The notes under the pieces were generated by a model that saw nothing but the letters and a program-made list of their open reading frames with translations, did not search any database and was not told the DNA's origin. 64,000 nt of DNA from a virus. Of this stretch, positions 8,984-18,495 are shown piece by piece (the first letter of the stretch is position 1; every line of letters begins with the position of its first letter). The position numbers and the translations under genes were made by a program. The stretch spans positions 32,001-96,000 of IMG/VR virus record IMGVR_UViG_3300010316_000005; one strand, given 5' to 3'.

Positions 8984-9850
8984 ATGAAAGAATATTTAGA
9001 CGCACTAGAATTTATATTAACTAACGGTAAAGACCGTGGCGACAGAACAGGAACCGGTACACGCGGAGTATTTGGATATCAAATGCGTTTCAACTTGCGT
9101 AAAGAATTCCCAGCAGTAACTACAAAGAAGCTAGCGTGGAAGTCAGTAGTCGGAGAGCTACTTTGGATGTTAGAAGGCAGCTCAGACGAGCGCAGGCTTG
9201 CAGAGATTACATTCGAAAAGCCACGTGAAGAATTAATCGGCAAGAATACCATTTGGACTGCTAATGCCGACAAGCAAGCCAAGGACCTTGGTTATGTTAA
9301 TACCGACACCGAAAAAGATCTTGGTCCTGTTTACGGACATCAATGGCGTAGTTGGGATGCACAACTTGGCTTTGTAGATCAAATTGCAGAAGTACTGGAT
9401 CAAATGTATTACGATCCGAACAGTCGCAGACATATTGTTAGTGCGTGGAACCCTGATAAAGTGGGCGTAATGGCATTGCCGCCTTGTCATGCAATGTTTC
9501 AATTTCACATACAAGACGGTGAACTAAGTTGTCAACTGTATCAAAGGTCAGTTGATGCACCACTTGGTTTGCCATTTAATATTGCTAGTTACAGTTTGTT
9601 AACACATATGTTTGCCCAATTACTCGGGTTAAAGGTTGGTGAATTTATCCATACCTCTGGCGATTTACACATCTATCAGAATCAAATAGAAAGAGTAAAA
9701 GAACAGCTTACAAGAGAACCTCTTCCAGGGCCGACGTTAGAAATGCCTAAATTTTCAAATTTAGACGAGTTAATAAAAACAACACCGAGTCAATATAAGT
9801 TGATAAATTATCAACATCACCCTGAAATTAAGATACCGTTTGCTGTATAG
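8984..9850 (+). CDS. thyA: Thymidylate synthase
   Basis: DRTGTGT, LGPVYG.QWR, MALPPCH, YQRSVD..LGLPFN, GDLHIY. Confidence 0.96.
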   Translation: MKEYLDALEFILTNGKDRGDRTGTGTRGVFGYQMRFNLRKEFPAVTTKKLAWKSVVGELLWMLEGSSDERRLAEITFEKPREELIGKNTIWTANADKQAKDLGYVNTDTEKDLGPVYGHQWRSWDAQLGFVDQIAEVLDQMYYDPNSRRHIVSAWNPDKVGVMALPPCHAMFQFHIQDGELSCQLYQRSVDAPLGLPFNIASYSLLTHMFAQLLGLKVGEFIHTSGDLHIYQNQIERVKEQLTREPLPGPTLEMPKFSNLDELIKTTPSQYKLINYQHHPEIKIPFAV

Positions 9851-9856
9851 TTTTTC

Positions 9857-9895
9857 TTGCTGTTCCTTTCAATAAGATAAAGAAAGGAACAGCAA
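9857..9895 (+). promoter_or_regulatory. RBS-sequestering hairpin upstream of homing endonuclease
   Basis: Perfect 14-bp inverted repeat TTGCTGTTCCTTTC / GAAAGGAACAGCAA covering SD and A of ATG. Confidence 0.8.
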
Positions 9896-10704
9896 TGCAA
9901 GGAATATATTATATAGAAAATACTAAAACTCAGCGTAGATATTATGGGAGTTCATTTGATATAGTAAAAAGACTAACGCAACACCGACAAGACTTAGAAA
10001 AAGGAAAACATCATAATATACAACTACAAAGAACTTATAACAAGCATGGAAACATATTTCGTTATGTAACGTTAAAAGAGACTAATTTTAATACTCGAGA
10101 AGAACTATTAGAATATGAACAGACATTTTTAGATAAAAACATCAATGGCTATAACATGGCACCCGCAAACGGCGGCAATATCCTAGGGGCACATCCAAAT
10201 AAAGATCAAATTAGAGAAAAAATTATAAAAACTCATAGTGACACTTTGAAAAGTATGAGCATTGAAGAAAAAAAGAAAAAATTTGGTCGTCCTAAAACTA
10301 AAAATGGAAACTGGAAACAAGGAGCAACTGTTAACATTTGTCCTAACTGCAATAGTTCAATGGGGTATTATGCAAAAACTTGCGGAGAATGCAGAGACAG
10401 AACAAAAGATAATAATCCGTTTTATAGAAAGTCGCACACTGATAAAACTAAATCTATTTTAAGAGAAAAACTGTCAGGCGAAAATTCGTGGATTAAAAAC
10501 ATTGATCCTAGTGAATTGCCTTATACAAAACAATATGTAATAGAATATCCCACCGGATTCTTAAAAGAAGTATATGGCCTAAAAACTATAGCAGAAGAAT
10601 TTAATACAAGTATAGCAAATTTACACGCAACAATAAATCGTATGAGACAAGGAAAAATTCCAACAAGGGGAACTTTTAAAGGAATGAATATCTATGAAAA
10701 ATAA
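9895..10704 (+). mobile_element. Free-standing I-TevI-like GIY-YIG homing endonuclease
   Basis: GIYYI...YYGSS...R...HHNIQLQR...E...GYN; CPNC/CGEC zinc finger; NPFYRKSHTDKTK NUMOD3. Confidence 0.9.
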
Positions 10705-10756
10705 ATTAATTGGGTATATCCCAATGGATAGCATAAAGGCGCCAATGGCAGTATGA
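10703..10756 (+). pseudogene. Orphaned duplicate 3' end of thyA
   Basis: Translates KLIGYIPMDSIKAPMAV*, versus current KLINYQHHPEIKIPFAV*. Confidence 0.8.
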
Positions 10757-10998
10757 CCGAGGTAGTAACAAACATCGACTATGTTGAGAAATTTGCTTAC
10801 TTGCCTACGCAGGTCTCTAGTGGCGAAAGGGTGTGGTGGGATTATTATTGGATAAAAATAGTATCCTACGATCCTTCTTTAAAAATTGCGATTGATCAGG
10901 GATACGATTACTACTTAGCTAGTAAGCACATACGACTTTCATCTCGAGATAAAGAAAAAGATGAAATGTGGAGAGCAATAACCGATGATGGGAGTTAA
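10753..10998 (+). CDS. Hypothetical protein, paralog of 10985
   Basis: KFAYLPTQVSSGERVWWDYY. Confidence 0.6.
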   Translation: MTEVVTNIDYVEKFAYLPTQVSSGERVWWDYYWIKIVSYDPSLKIAIDQGYDYYLASKHIRLSSRDKEKDEMWRAITDDGS

Positions 10999-11272
10999 CA
11001 TGGGATATCGACCAGTAAGGGCGCATACAACAACGCGCAAGTTTGCCTGGAGACCAATAAGAACTGGTTCGGGAAAATGGGTATTTTGGAAACACTATTA
11101 CCGACAATCAGAATTATCAGACGGGTCAGGTACAGAATACCGAAGCTATCGATATATAAATATTACCGAAAATGAATATTTGATTTATCAAATACAAAAT
11201 TCAGAACGACCAAGGACCCCACCTGTAGATTTTTTCTTTAAATCAAGAAGAGGTCCTCGGCCTGGTTATTGA
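10985..11272 (+). CDS. Hypothetical protein, paralog of 10753
   Basis: KFAWRPIRTGSGKWVFWKHYY. Confidence 0.6.
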   Translation: MMGVNMGYRPVRAHTTTRKFAWRPIRTGSGKWVFWKHYYRQSELSDGSGTEYRSYRYINITENEYLIYQIQNSERPRTPPVDFFFKSRRGPRPGY

Positions 11273-11998
11273 TTACTCGTCGCCGTAAATGTCGAGTACC
11301 TCTTTAACTGCTTCATGACGTTCAACGTCTTTTCTTTCAAAGTGAATCATTTCAATTCTCTGAGAATGTTTGTTTTCATAGTGACGTATGAAATCTACAA
11401 GACCATTATCCTTTAGTCGATCTGCTTGATACAAGTCACCTGTTACTGCCATATACGAATCATTACCTAATCGTGTTAGTAACATCTTCATTTGACTTGG
11501 TGTTGCATTTTGCATTTCGTCTGCAATAATGTATGCGTTTTTGAACGTTCTTCCTCGCATATATGATAGCGGAGCAATTTCAATAACTCCTTCTGCGATC
11601 ATACCTGTAATTTCTCTTGAGTCAAAATACTCACGTAGCACATCAAAAATCGGGCGCGTCCACGGCGCCATCTTTTCTTCAAGAGTACCCGGAAGGGCTC
11701 CTAAATCTTCGTCAACTGATACTGCTGGTCTTGTAACAATGATCTTGTCGACTAGTCCTTCTTTGAAACTTTTTACTGCTACTTGCACAGCTAATAGTGT
11801 TTTACCTGTTCCTGCTGGTCCAATTCCAAAGACTATGTCTTTACCCGGATCCAATAGATTTAACACGTAGGTTTCCTGATTTAAATTTCTTGGAAGTATT
11901 GATACTACTGTTTTCTTTTTTTGAAAAGAATTAATGTTAACTACGTTCTCTTTGTAGTTGTTACGAGGTTGCTTTCTCGAAGCTCTAGCTTTACCCAT
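11273..11998 (-). CDS. phoH: PhoH family ATPase
   Basis: GPAGTGKT, RPAV, LGALPG, YMRGRTF, DEMQN, LTRLG, GD..QAD. Confidence 0.95.
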   Translation of the reverse strand: MGKARASRKQPRNNYKENVVNINSFQKKKTVVSILPRNLNQETYVLNLLDPGKDIVFGIGPAGTGKTLLAVQVAVKSFKEGLVDKIIVTRPAVSVDEDLGALPGTLEEKMAPWTRPIFDVLREYFDSREITGMIAEGVIEIAPLSYMRGRTFKNAYIIADEMQNATPSQMKMLLTRLGNDSYMAVTGDLYQADRLKDNGLVDFIRHYENKHSQRIEMIHFERKDVERHEAVKEVLDIYGDE

Positions 11999-12021
11999 TA
12001 AGTGTCCTCCTTAGGGAAATG

Positions 12022-12070
12022 TGTAAGGACGAAGTCGCTAAGGACTATGCGCCCTTACAAATGTATTTAT
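12022..12070 (-). promoter_or_regulatory. Late promoter and structured 5' leader of phoH
   Basis: ATAAATA then TGTAAGGGCG-CAT-AGTC-cttagc-GACT-T-CGTCCTTACA. Confidence 0.65.
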
Positions 12071-12149
12071 CCCCATTTTGTAATCGTTAAAAGATCACTT
12101 AACTTTTTAATTGCGATAAATAAGTATAATAAAAGTAGGTACAACCATT

Positions 12150-12692
12150 ATGCATGACGTTCTAGACATTATTAATAACATAGAAGGTATATACGAATCA
12201 GATACTGCTTTCCAAGTTCTCAAAGATTTTGAAAGAGTACTTGACGAGCTTGACATCTACGTATATAAAAACTGGGAAACAGGCGAATTGGCCGAAGGCC
12301 CTAAGATTGAAAGACACTGGGTTACATGCACGTTTATGTGGCCTAAGGAAGAAATGCCCGACCCAATGGGCGGCAAGCGTTTGCTTGATTATGACTGCAA
12401 AGTCAAGTATATCAAGTCAAGTTTAATGACTCCGAGAAAAATTATGAAGCCAGACGATATGCGCCCTGGTACTAAAAAAGGTAAGATTGACCTAGCGCCA
12501 ATATGGCTTGTGCAAATACAAATGCCAAAAAAATTGATTGCTGATATATATTCAGGATATATTGAAGAACTAATGCAAGAACCAGCCCAAGAAGTATCAG
12601 TGACAAGTCAAACTGAAGAGCCGGATGACTTAGCAATGGATGAGCCGGAACTAGGTGCAGGCGAAGAGCCAGGTGGCGAGGATCTACTATGA
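12150..12692 (+). CDS. Hypothetical phage protein with acidic tail
   Basis: Late motif upstream; long ORF. Confidence 0.65.
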   Translation: MHDVLDIINNIEGIYESDTAFQVLKDFERVLDELDIYVYKNWETGELAEGPKIERHWVTCTFMWPKEEMPDPMGGKRLLDYDCKVKYIKSSLMTPRKIMKPDDMRPGTKKGKIDLAPIWLVQIQMPKKLIADIYSGYIEELMQEPAQEVSVTSQTEEPDDLAMDEPELGAGEEPGGEDLL

Positions 12693-13408
12693 CATTAAGA
12701 AACGGCGACCTTAGAGATTTAGTATATCACATTCTTGAAATTGATTCGTACAAGTCTAAAATGGGCTCGGACGAAGATATCATTACTCTTAGCTTTAGTG
12801 CTAAAACAAAAGAGTCAGCTGACGACCTAGCTGACTTTATTGAAAAGGGTTACGACTTTGTGCTAGATGCCGACGCTACTCCTGGTGAACAAAGCGATGG
12901 CACATATAAAGTGTTTGTTGAGATTGAGCGCGAGCGCGGTGCTGCACAAAACATTACAGAATTGTCATACGGCATAAGTGAACTAACTGGGTTAGACAAC
13001 CTTAAATTCCGTTACTACAAAGACTGGAAAAGCCAACCACTAGACGAAGTATCCCTGGAAGCAGCTATACCAGTTGACAGAGATAATTACGGAATGAAGG
13101 TTAATGAGTCAAATCTTAACAACTATTCAAACTTTTTTAATAAAAGCTTTTTAGAGTCAGTTGATATGTTTGACAACATACTGCGAATCAAAAAGGCTTG
13201 GGCAGAGCCTGTATTTTTTCAAGTTATCGAATTTGGAAATAAAACTGAAATACTAAACAACCTGTCTGAAAGCTTAAACGTAAACGAATGGGCCGAAATC
13301 ATTTTCCTAACAAAGTACATAGGCGACTATGACATTACCAAATACGGTGATAAAATCGTTGTAGAAAATAACAGAAAAGTATTAGTAGCAAAAAGGATTG
13401 TTACCTAA
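12689..13408 (+). CDS. Hypothetical phage protein
   Basis: ATGA coupling. Confidence 0.65.
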   Translation: MTLRNGDLRDLVYHILEIDSYKSKMGSDEDIITLSFSAKTKESADDLADFIEKGYDFVLDADATPGEQSDGTYKVFVEIERERGAAQNITELSYGISELTGLDNLKFRYYKDWKSQPLDEVSLEAAIPVDRDNYGMKVNESNLNNYSNFFNKSFLESVDMFDNILRIKKAWAEPVFFQVIEFGNKTEILNNLSESLNVNEWAEIIFLTKYIGDYDITKYGDKIVVENNRKVLVAKRIVT

Positions 13409-13860
13409 TGCATTATATTATCGGAATAATGGCAATTATAATGATAGTAGCAGGCGGCATTGGCTACTGGTATTACAACGATAGTCAAGAAAGAATCACG
13501 ACATTGATTACTAATAATGCCCAGCTTGAAAGTGGTATAGCTACTAGTGAAGAAACTATCACTACATTACAAGACAATTACGCATTAGCAAACAAAACGA
13601 TTGCCGAGTTAAACGAAGAACTAAGAAATATCAAAAGACAAAACCAACTATTAGTTGATAAGTTTTCTGATAGTGATCTTGGAGTGGCGGCAGCAGCAAG
13701 ACCAGAATTAATCAAAAGACTAATTAACAAAGGAACAGCTAATGCGTTTCGTTGCTTTGAACTTTTAAGCGGTGCAGCATTAACTGACAAAGAAAGGAAC
13801 GCAAAAAATGCAAGGGAGTTCAACAACGAATGCCCCTGGCTCTGGAAAAGCGTTAAATGA
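13408..13860 (+). CDS. Probable inner-membrane spanin (Rz-like)
   Basis: N-terminal TM, long coiled coil, C-terminal Cys; lipoprotein gene downstream. Confidence 0.6.
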   Translation: MHYIIGIMAIIMIVAGGIGYWYYNDSQERITTLITNNAQLESGIATSEETITTLQDNYALANKTIAELNEELRNIKRQNQLLVDKFSDSDLGVAAAARPELIKRLINKGTANAFRCFELLSGAALTDKERNAKNAREFNNECPWLWKSVK

Positions 13861-14553
13861 TATTTCTTTACATAAAAAAACATAACAAGACAGGTCTTAA
13901 ATATCTCGGAATGACTACTGCTACTGACCCTCACATTTATAAAGGATCAGGAAAACATTGGAAACGTCATATTGAAAAACATGGGTACGATGTAGAAACA
14001 GAGATACTATTAGAAACAACTTCTAAAGAAGAGCTTAAAGAAGTTGGTCTTTATTATAGTAAAAAATGGAACATTGTGAACTCAAAAGAATGGGCAAATT
14101 TAACTGAAGAAACGGGCAATGGCATGAGCTCGTCATTTTCAAAAGAAATACAACAAAAAAGAGTAAATGAAGGCTCGCATCCGTTTCTGGGAGGCAAACG
14201 GACTAGAGAGAGAAATCTTCAAATGTCTAAAGATGGATTGCATCCGTTTCTGGGAGGCAAGTACACTAAAGAAAATAACAAACGTATGATTTCTAATGGC
14301 ACACATCCTTTTCAGAATAAAACGAAAATGGAACACAATCGAAAACGAGTTAGTGAAACTCAGAGAAATAGAGTGAAAGAGGGGAAATCATAATTTTAAA
14401 GGCAAAGTACCAGTCATTGACAAAGATGGGAATTCTTTTATTATTAGCACAGAAGAGTACCATAATCAAAAAATAGGCGATATTAACTCTTGGAAGTATG
14501 TCTCTGTTAGATCTAAAGAAGCAAGAAAGAGAAAAAATGAAAACCCAAATTAA
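13857..14553 (+). mobile_element. Seg-like GIY-YIG homing endonuclease with a frameshift in G-run 14381-14384
   Basis: FLYIKKH...KYLG...YKGSG; xGxHPF repeats; removing one G extends the frame EGNHNFKGKVPVID... to TAA 14553. Confidence 0.75.
14177..14260 (+). repeat. 21-bp direct repeat, 63-nt period, encoding HPFLGG
   Basis: GCATCCGTTTCTGGGAGGCAA at 14177-14197 and 14240-14260. Confidence 0.9.
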
Positions 14554-14950
14554 AAGTGCCCTTGGCTGTTTAGTCCTTCTGCTCGCCCTTAGTGCTTGCG
14601 GGGAGCCAGTCAAAAAAATACAAGTTAGTGCTAAGCCAGTCAACAAGCCTGAATTAGTGCTGCCTAGAACAGGCGAGCTCAACCTTAAAAATGTAACTTG
14701 GTTTGTAATTACTCCCGAGAATATAGAAGAAAAATGGGCAGAGCTAGAAGCATCGGGACAGTCATTAGTATTCTTTGCAGTATCGGCCGAAGGCTATGAA
14801 AACGTAAGTCTTAACCTTAACGACCTACGTAGCTACATTCAGTCACAGCAAGCAACTATTGTAGCATATAAAAAATACTACAACGCTGCGGACACTGCAC
14901 TCAACGAAGCAAACGAACAGCTTAAAAAGAGCTATTGGGAGACCTGGTAA
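14537..14950 (+). CDS. Probable outer-membrane spanin lipoprotein (Rz1-like)
   Basis: Signal peptide with lipobox LSAC. Confidence 0.65.
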   Translation: MKTQIKSALGCLVLLLALSACGEPVKKIQVSAKPVNKPELVLPRTGELNLKNVTWFVITPENIEEKWAELEASGQSLVFFAVSAEGYENVSLNLNDLRSYIQSQQATIVAYKKYYNAADTALNEANEQLKKSYWETW

Positions 14951-14996
14951 TTTAGGCAGATAGCGATAAATACATTAGAGTAAGCGAGGTACTTTA

Positions 14997-15419
14997 ATGT
15001 CAAGATATCCACACGACGAATGGGACGATCACGAAGGTGACCTGCCGGCTTATGAAACTACCTACCGAGGCAATGAGCCACAGGACAGGGACAGTCATGA
15101 CATCGTAATTGAAACCAGCGAATCTGGTGTAACTCGTAAAATTAAACTAGATCTAGAGGTAGACACTACTGCTAAGGATCTAGGACCTAATCCTTATGCT
15201 AAATGGATACATTTAGCTAGAATGATTGATGCTTGGCGACCTTTCCCTAGATTGTTCATCATAGTTTATATGTATATGGTGTACAGAGTCGTCGAATGGT
15301 ACATTACGCTGCCGGACCCTAGCATGGAGCAGAGCGGGCTTATAAGCGTAGTCGTTGGTGCAGGTGCTGCATGGTTCGGACTGTATGTCGGTTCCGGCGG
15401 ACGCAGTGGCAAAGAATAA
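14997..15419 (+). CDS. 2-TM protein, holin candidate
   Basis: Two C-terminal TMs; next to spanin-like genes; late motif upstream. Confidence 0.4.
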   Translation: MSRYPHDEWDDHEGDLPAYETTYRGNEPQDRDSHDIVIETSESGVTRKIKLDLEVDTTAKDLGPNPYAKWIHLARMIDAWRPFPRLFIIVYMYMVYRVVEWYITLPDPSMEQSGLISVVVGAGAAWFGLYVGSGGRSGKE

Positions 15420-15430
15420 TAAGTACATGT

Positions 15431-16246
15431 ATGGATTACTACAAAATACTCGGTGTTCCTAGAGGATCATCTCAAGAGGACATTAAAGCAGCATATCGAA
15501 AACTGGCGCGGCAGCACCACCCCGACAGTGGAGGCAATGCAGAAGAGTTTAAGAAAGTCAGCGAAGCATACGAGACGTTAAAGGACGAATACAAGCGCAG
15601 TCAGTACGACGGGCCTGGGCCAAATCAGCAAACAAAAACACGTCCTGATGATTTCTGGACGCAAGACAAATATCACCATTTCGACATTAATGAGATATTT
15701 CGACAACAGAAAATGAAGAACCCAGACTTGACTGTACACGCCACTGTTGCGTTAAAGGATATAATCACAGGGTCAGACTTTATCATCGACTATCGTTTGG
15801 GGAGTGGCAAGCAAGAAACAATCAATGTAAAAATTCCAGCTGGCGCAAGACATGGTGATACTATCAAGTACGATAGCCTGGGTGATGACGCAAACGCTCG
15901 GTTTCCTCGAGGTGACCTATATGTCAAAGTTCAAATCGCAACGCACAAAGATTGGGTAAGGGACGGTAACAATCTTGCTACTAAAAAAAGCATAAATGTA
16001 TTTGACATTATGCTAGGTTGTGCTATAATAATAGAGACACTAGATAACAAGCGTGTTAGGTTAAACGTTCCCAAAGGTACTAAAGCAGGTACTATTTTAA
16101 GTATCGGTGGCTACGGAATACCTGACTTAAGAACACAAAAAAGAGGTAACTTGTATATTCAAATCGAACCTGAGATTCCAACTATCGTTGATGACGATGC
16201 TATCAAAAAGATACAAGAAATTAAAAGAATTATAGAGGAAAAATAA
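15431..16246 (+). CDS. dnaJ: DnaJ/CbpA-like chaperone (no zinc finger)
   Basis: DYYKILGV...[15 protein letters not shown]; C-terminal GDLYV domain. Confidence 0.9.
   Translation: MDYYKILGVPRGSSQEDIKAAYRKLARQHHPDSGGNAEEFKKVSEAYETLKDEYKRSQYDGPGPNQQTKTRPDDFWTQDKYHHFDINEIFRQQKMKNPDLTVHATVALKDIITGSDFIIDYRLGSGKQETINVKIPAGARHGDTIKYDSLGDDANARFPRGDLYVKVQIATHKDWVRDGNNLATKKSINVFDIMLGCAIIIETLDNKRVRLNVPKGTKAGTILSIGGYGIPDLRTQKRGNLYIQIEPEIPTIVDDDAIKKIQEIKRIIEEK
16002..16029 (+). promoter_or_regulatory. Sigma70 promoter embedded in dnaJ, upstream of clpA
   Basis: TTGACA-16-TATAAT with extended TG. Confidence 0.5.
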
Positions 16247-16248
16247 TA

Positions 16249-18495
16249 ATGGTTGAACCATCAAAAGAACTGCATTTAGTTTTCGACAAGGCAATTAGTG
16301 ATGCTCGCAAGTTAAAACACGACTACACGACCCTTGAACATTTGCTATATGCAATGCTCTGCGAAGAAGGATTTGTTAAAACACTAACTGATTTTGGTGC
16401 AGATTTAGATTACATTAAATCAAATCTCGAGCATCACTTAAAAACCAAGTGCGACGACATTACTTCAGACGAAGAAGTAGTAAATCCAAAAAAGACGCAA
16501 ACGTTAGAAAGAGTGCTCAATCGAGCCTTTACACAGGTATTGTTTGCCGGGCGCACTCATATGTCAACCAGCGACGTACTAATTAGTATGTTGTCTGAAA
16601 AACAATCCGTAGCAGTTTACTACCTCGAGTCAGGCAAAGTGAATAAAGCAGACTTTATGGCGTATGTTGACGCAGGCCTGGACAGCGAAGAAGTTGAAGA
16701 AGAAGAAATGAGCGTAGAGACTCGCAAGGCATTAAAGAACTTTACAGTTAACTTGAACGACGAAGTTAAGCGCAATAAGATCGATCCTGTTATTGGCCGC
16801 AACGAAGAACTAAATGCGCTGGCACTAGCACTCGGCCGCCGCAATAAAAACAACGTACTGATGGTAGGCGAGCCGGGCGTTGGTAAAACTGCCGTAGCAG
16901 AAGGTCTCGCTTGGAACATTGTAAACGGCACTGTTCCGGAATTCCTAAAAGATTACAAAGTTTATAACCTTGATATCGGTGCTATGCTCGCTGGGTCAAA
17001 GTATCGCGGCGACTTTGAAGAACGGTTTAAGCTAGTTCTACAGGCGTTGACTAAGCAAGGCAAAACAATTATGTTTGTTGACGAAGCGCACATGATGAGT
17101 GGCGCAGGTGCAGGCGGACAGAACTCTAGCAACGATCTTGCAAACATGCTAAAGCCCGCACTTACCAAAGGCGACTTGAAAGTTGTAGCATCAACTACTT
17201 GGGACGAGTATCGCAAGTACTTTGAAAAGGATCGCGCTCTTATGCGTCGATTCCAGCGTGTAACAATCGACGAGCCAGATGCTGAAACTACAAGAGAAAT
17301 TCTTAGAGGCATTAAAACATACTACGAAGAATTCCATTCTACAGAAATTACTGAAGAAGCTATAGTTGCAGCGGTAAAACTTAGTGTTAAATATCAGAGT
17401 GATAAGAAGCTGCCAGATAAGGCAATTGACTTAATTGACGTTGCGTGTTCTCGCTTTAAGTTAAACGATCAAGAAGAGAACAAGATTGTTACAGAAGAAA
17501 GCATTCAGTTTGAACTTGCTAAGATGCTCGGATTGCCAACTGAACAGATTGCAGAACGTGAAACTGACAATCTTGTAAACCTCGAAGAAAACCTTAAGAA
17601 GGTTGTATACGGACAGGATCAAGCAATTGAAAGCGTAGTTGACAAGATTCTTGTTAGCCAGGCTGGATTAAAAGCTGAGAATAAACCTGTTGGTAGCTTT
17701 GTGTTTATGGGCCCAACTGGTACAGGTAAAACTGAAACAGCAAAGCAGCTTGCTAAAAACCTCGGCGTAAAGCTTGTGCGCTTTGATATGAGTGAGTATA
17801 TGGAGAAGCATAGCGTTTCGAAATTTATTGGGTCGCCTCCAGGTTATGTCGGACACGAAGAAAATGGTGGCTTGTTAATCACTAAGCTACAAGAGAATCC
17901 AAACTGTATTCTACTGCTAGACGAGATTGAAAAAGCCCATCCTGATGTAAGTCAAATTCTTCTACAGCTAATGGACAACGGTAAAGTTACAGGATCCAAC
18001 GGCAAGGAAGCAGATGCTCGCAACTGTATTCTAATCCTTACAACTAACCTAGGCGCAAAGCAGTCGGAGAAAAATTCAATCGGATTCGGAAGCGATGAGT
18101 CTCAAGGCTACGACGACACAGAGTTTAAGAAATTCTTTGCTCCAGAGTTTAGAAACAGACTCGATGGTACCGTTACGTTTGCTAAAATGAGCAAGGAGAT
18201 TATGATGAAAATCGTTGGTAAGTTCTTGCTTGAACTCAAAGAAATGGTTACTGATAGAGATATTGATATCACTGTTACTGACGATGCACTTGACTATCTT
18301 GTAGACAAAGGTTATGATCCTAAGATGGGTGCGCGTCCATTGCAGCGTGTTATTGATAACGAAATCAAACGTCCTCTGTCAAGACAGATCCTGTTCGGCA
18401 ATCTTAAAAAAGGCGGCACGGTTGAAATCGGGTTTGTTGATAACAAACTAGTATTAAAGGCAGAAACTAAGAATGAAACCCAAGAAAGCCTCTAA
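16249..18495 (+). CDS. clpA: ATP-dependent Clp protease ATPase subunit
   Basis: Clp N-domain, GEPGVGKT, KYRGDFEER, LPDKAIDLID, GPTGTGKT, FDMSEY, IGF loop, GARPL. Confidence 0.93.
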   Translation: MVEPSKELHLVFDKAISDARKLKHDYTTLEHLLYAMLCEEGFVKTLTDFGADLDYIKSNLEHHLKTKCDDITSDEEVVNPKKTQTLERVLNRAFTQVLFAGRTHMSTSDVLISMLSEKQSVAVYYLESGKVNKADFMAYVDAGLDSEEVEEEEMSVETRKALKNFTVNLNDEVKRNKIDPVIGRNEELNALALALGRRNKNNVLMVGEPGVGKTAVAEGLAWNIVNGTVPEFLKDYKVYNLDIGAMLAGSKYRGDFEERFKLVLQALTKQGKTIMFVDEAHMMSGAGAGGQNSSNDLANMLKPALTKGDLKVVASTTWDEYRKYFEKDRALMRRFQRVTIDEPDAETTREILRGIKTYYEEFHSTEITEEAIVAAVKLSVKYQSDKKLPDKAIDLIDVACSRFKLNDQEENKIVTEESIQFELAKMLGLPTEQIAERETDNLVNLEENLKKVVYGQDQAIESVVDKILVSQAGLKAENKPVGSFVFMGPTGTGKTETAKQLAKNLGVKLVRFDMSEYMEKHSVSKFIGSPPGYVGHEENGGLLITKLQENPNCILLLDEIEKAHPDVSQILLQLMDNGKVTGSNGKEADARNCILILTTNLGAKQSEKNSIGFGSDESQGYDDTEFKKFFAPEFRNRLDGTVTFAKMSKEIMMKIVGKFLLELKEMVTDRDIDITVTDDALDYLVDKGYDPKMGARPLQRVIDNEIKRPLSRQILFGNLKKGGTVEIGFVDNKLVLKAETKNETQESL

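Noticed and set aside
8984-10704. Group I intron in thyA hosting the GIY-YIG gene
   Set aside because: thyA is uninterrupted, and only 44 nt precede the nuclease with none after it, leaving no room for a ribozyme core.
14177-14260. CRISPR-like repeat spacing (21-bp repeat, 42-nt spacer)
   Set aside because: Only two copies, in frame within a protein repeat, and no cas genes.
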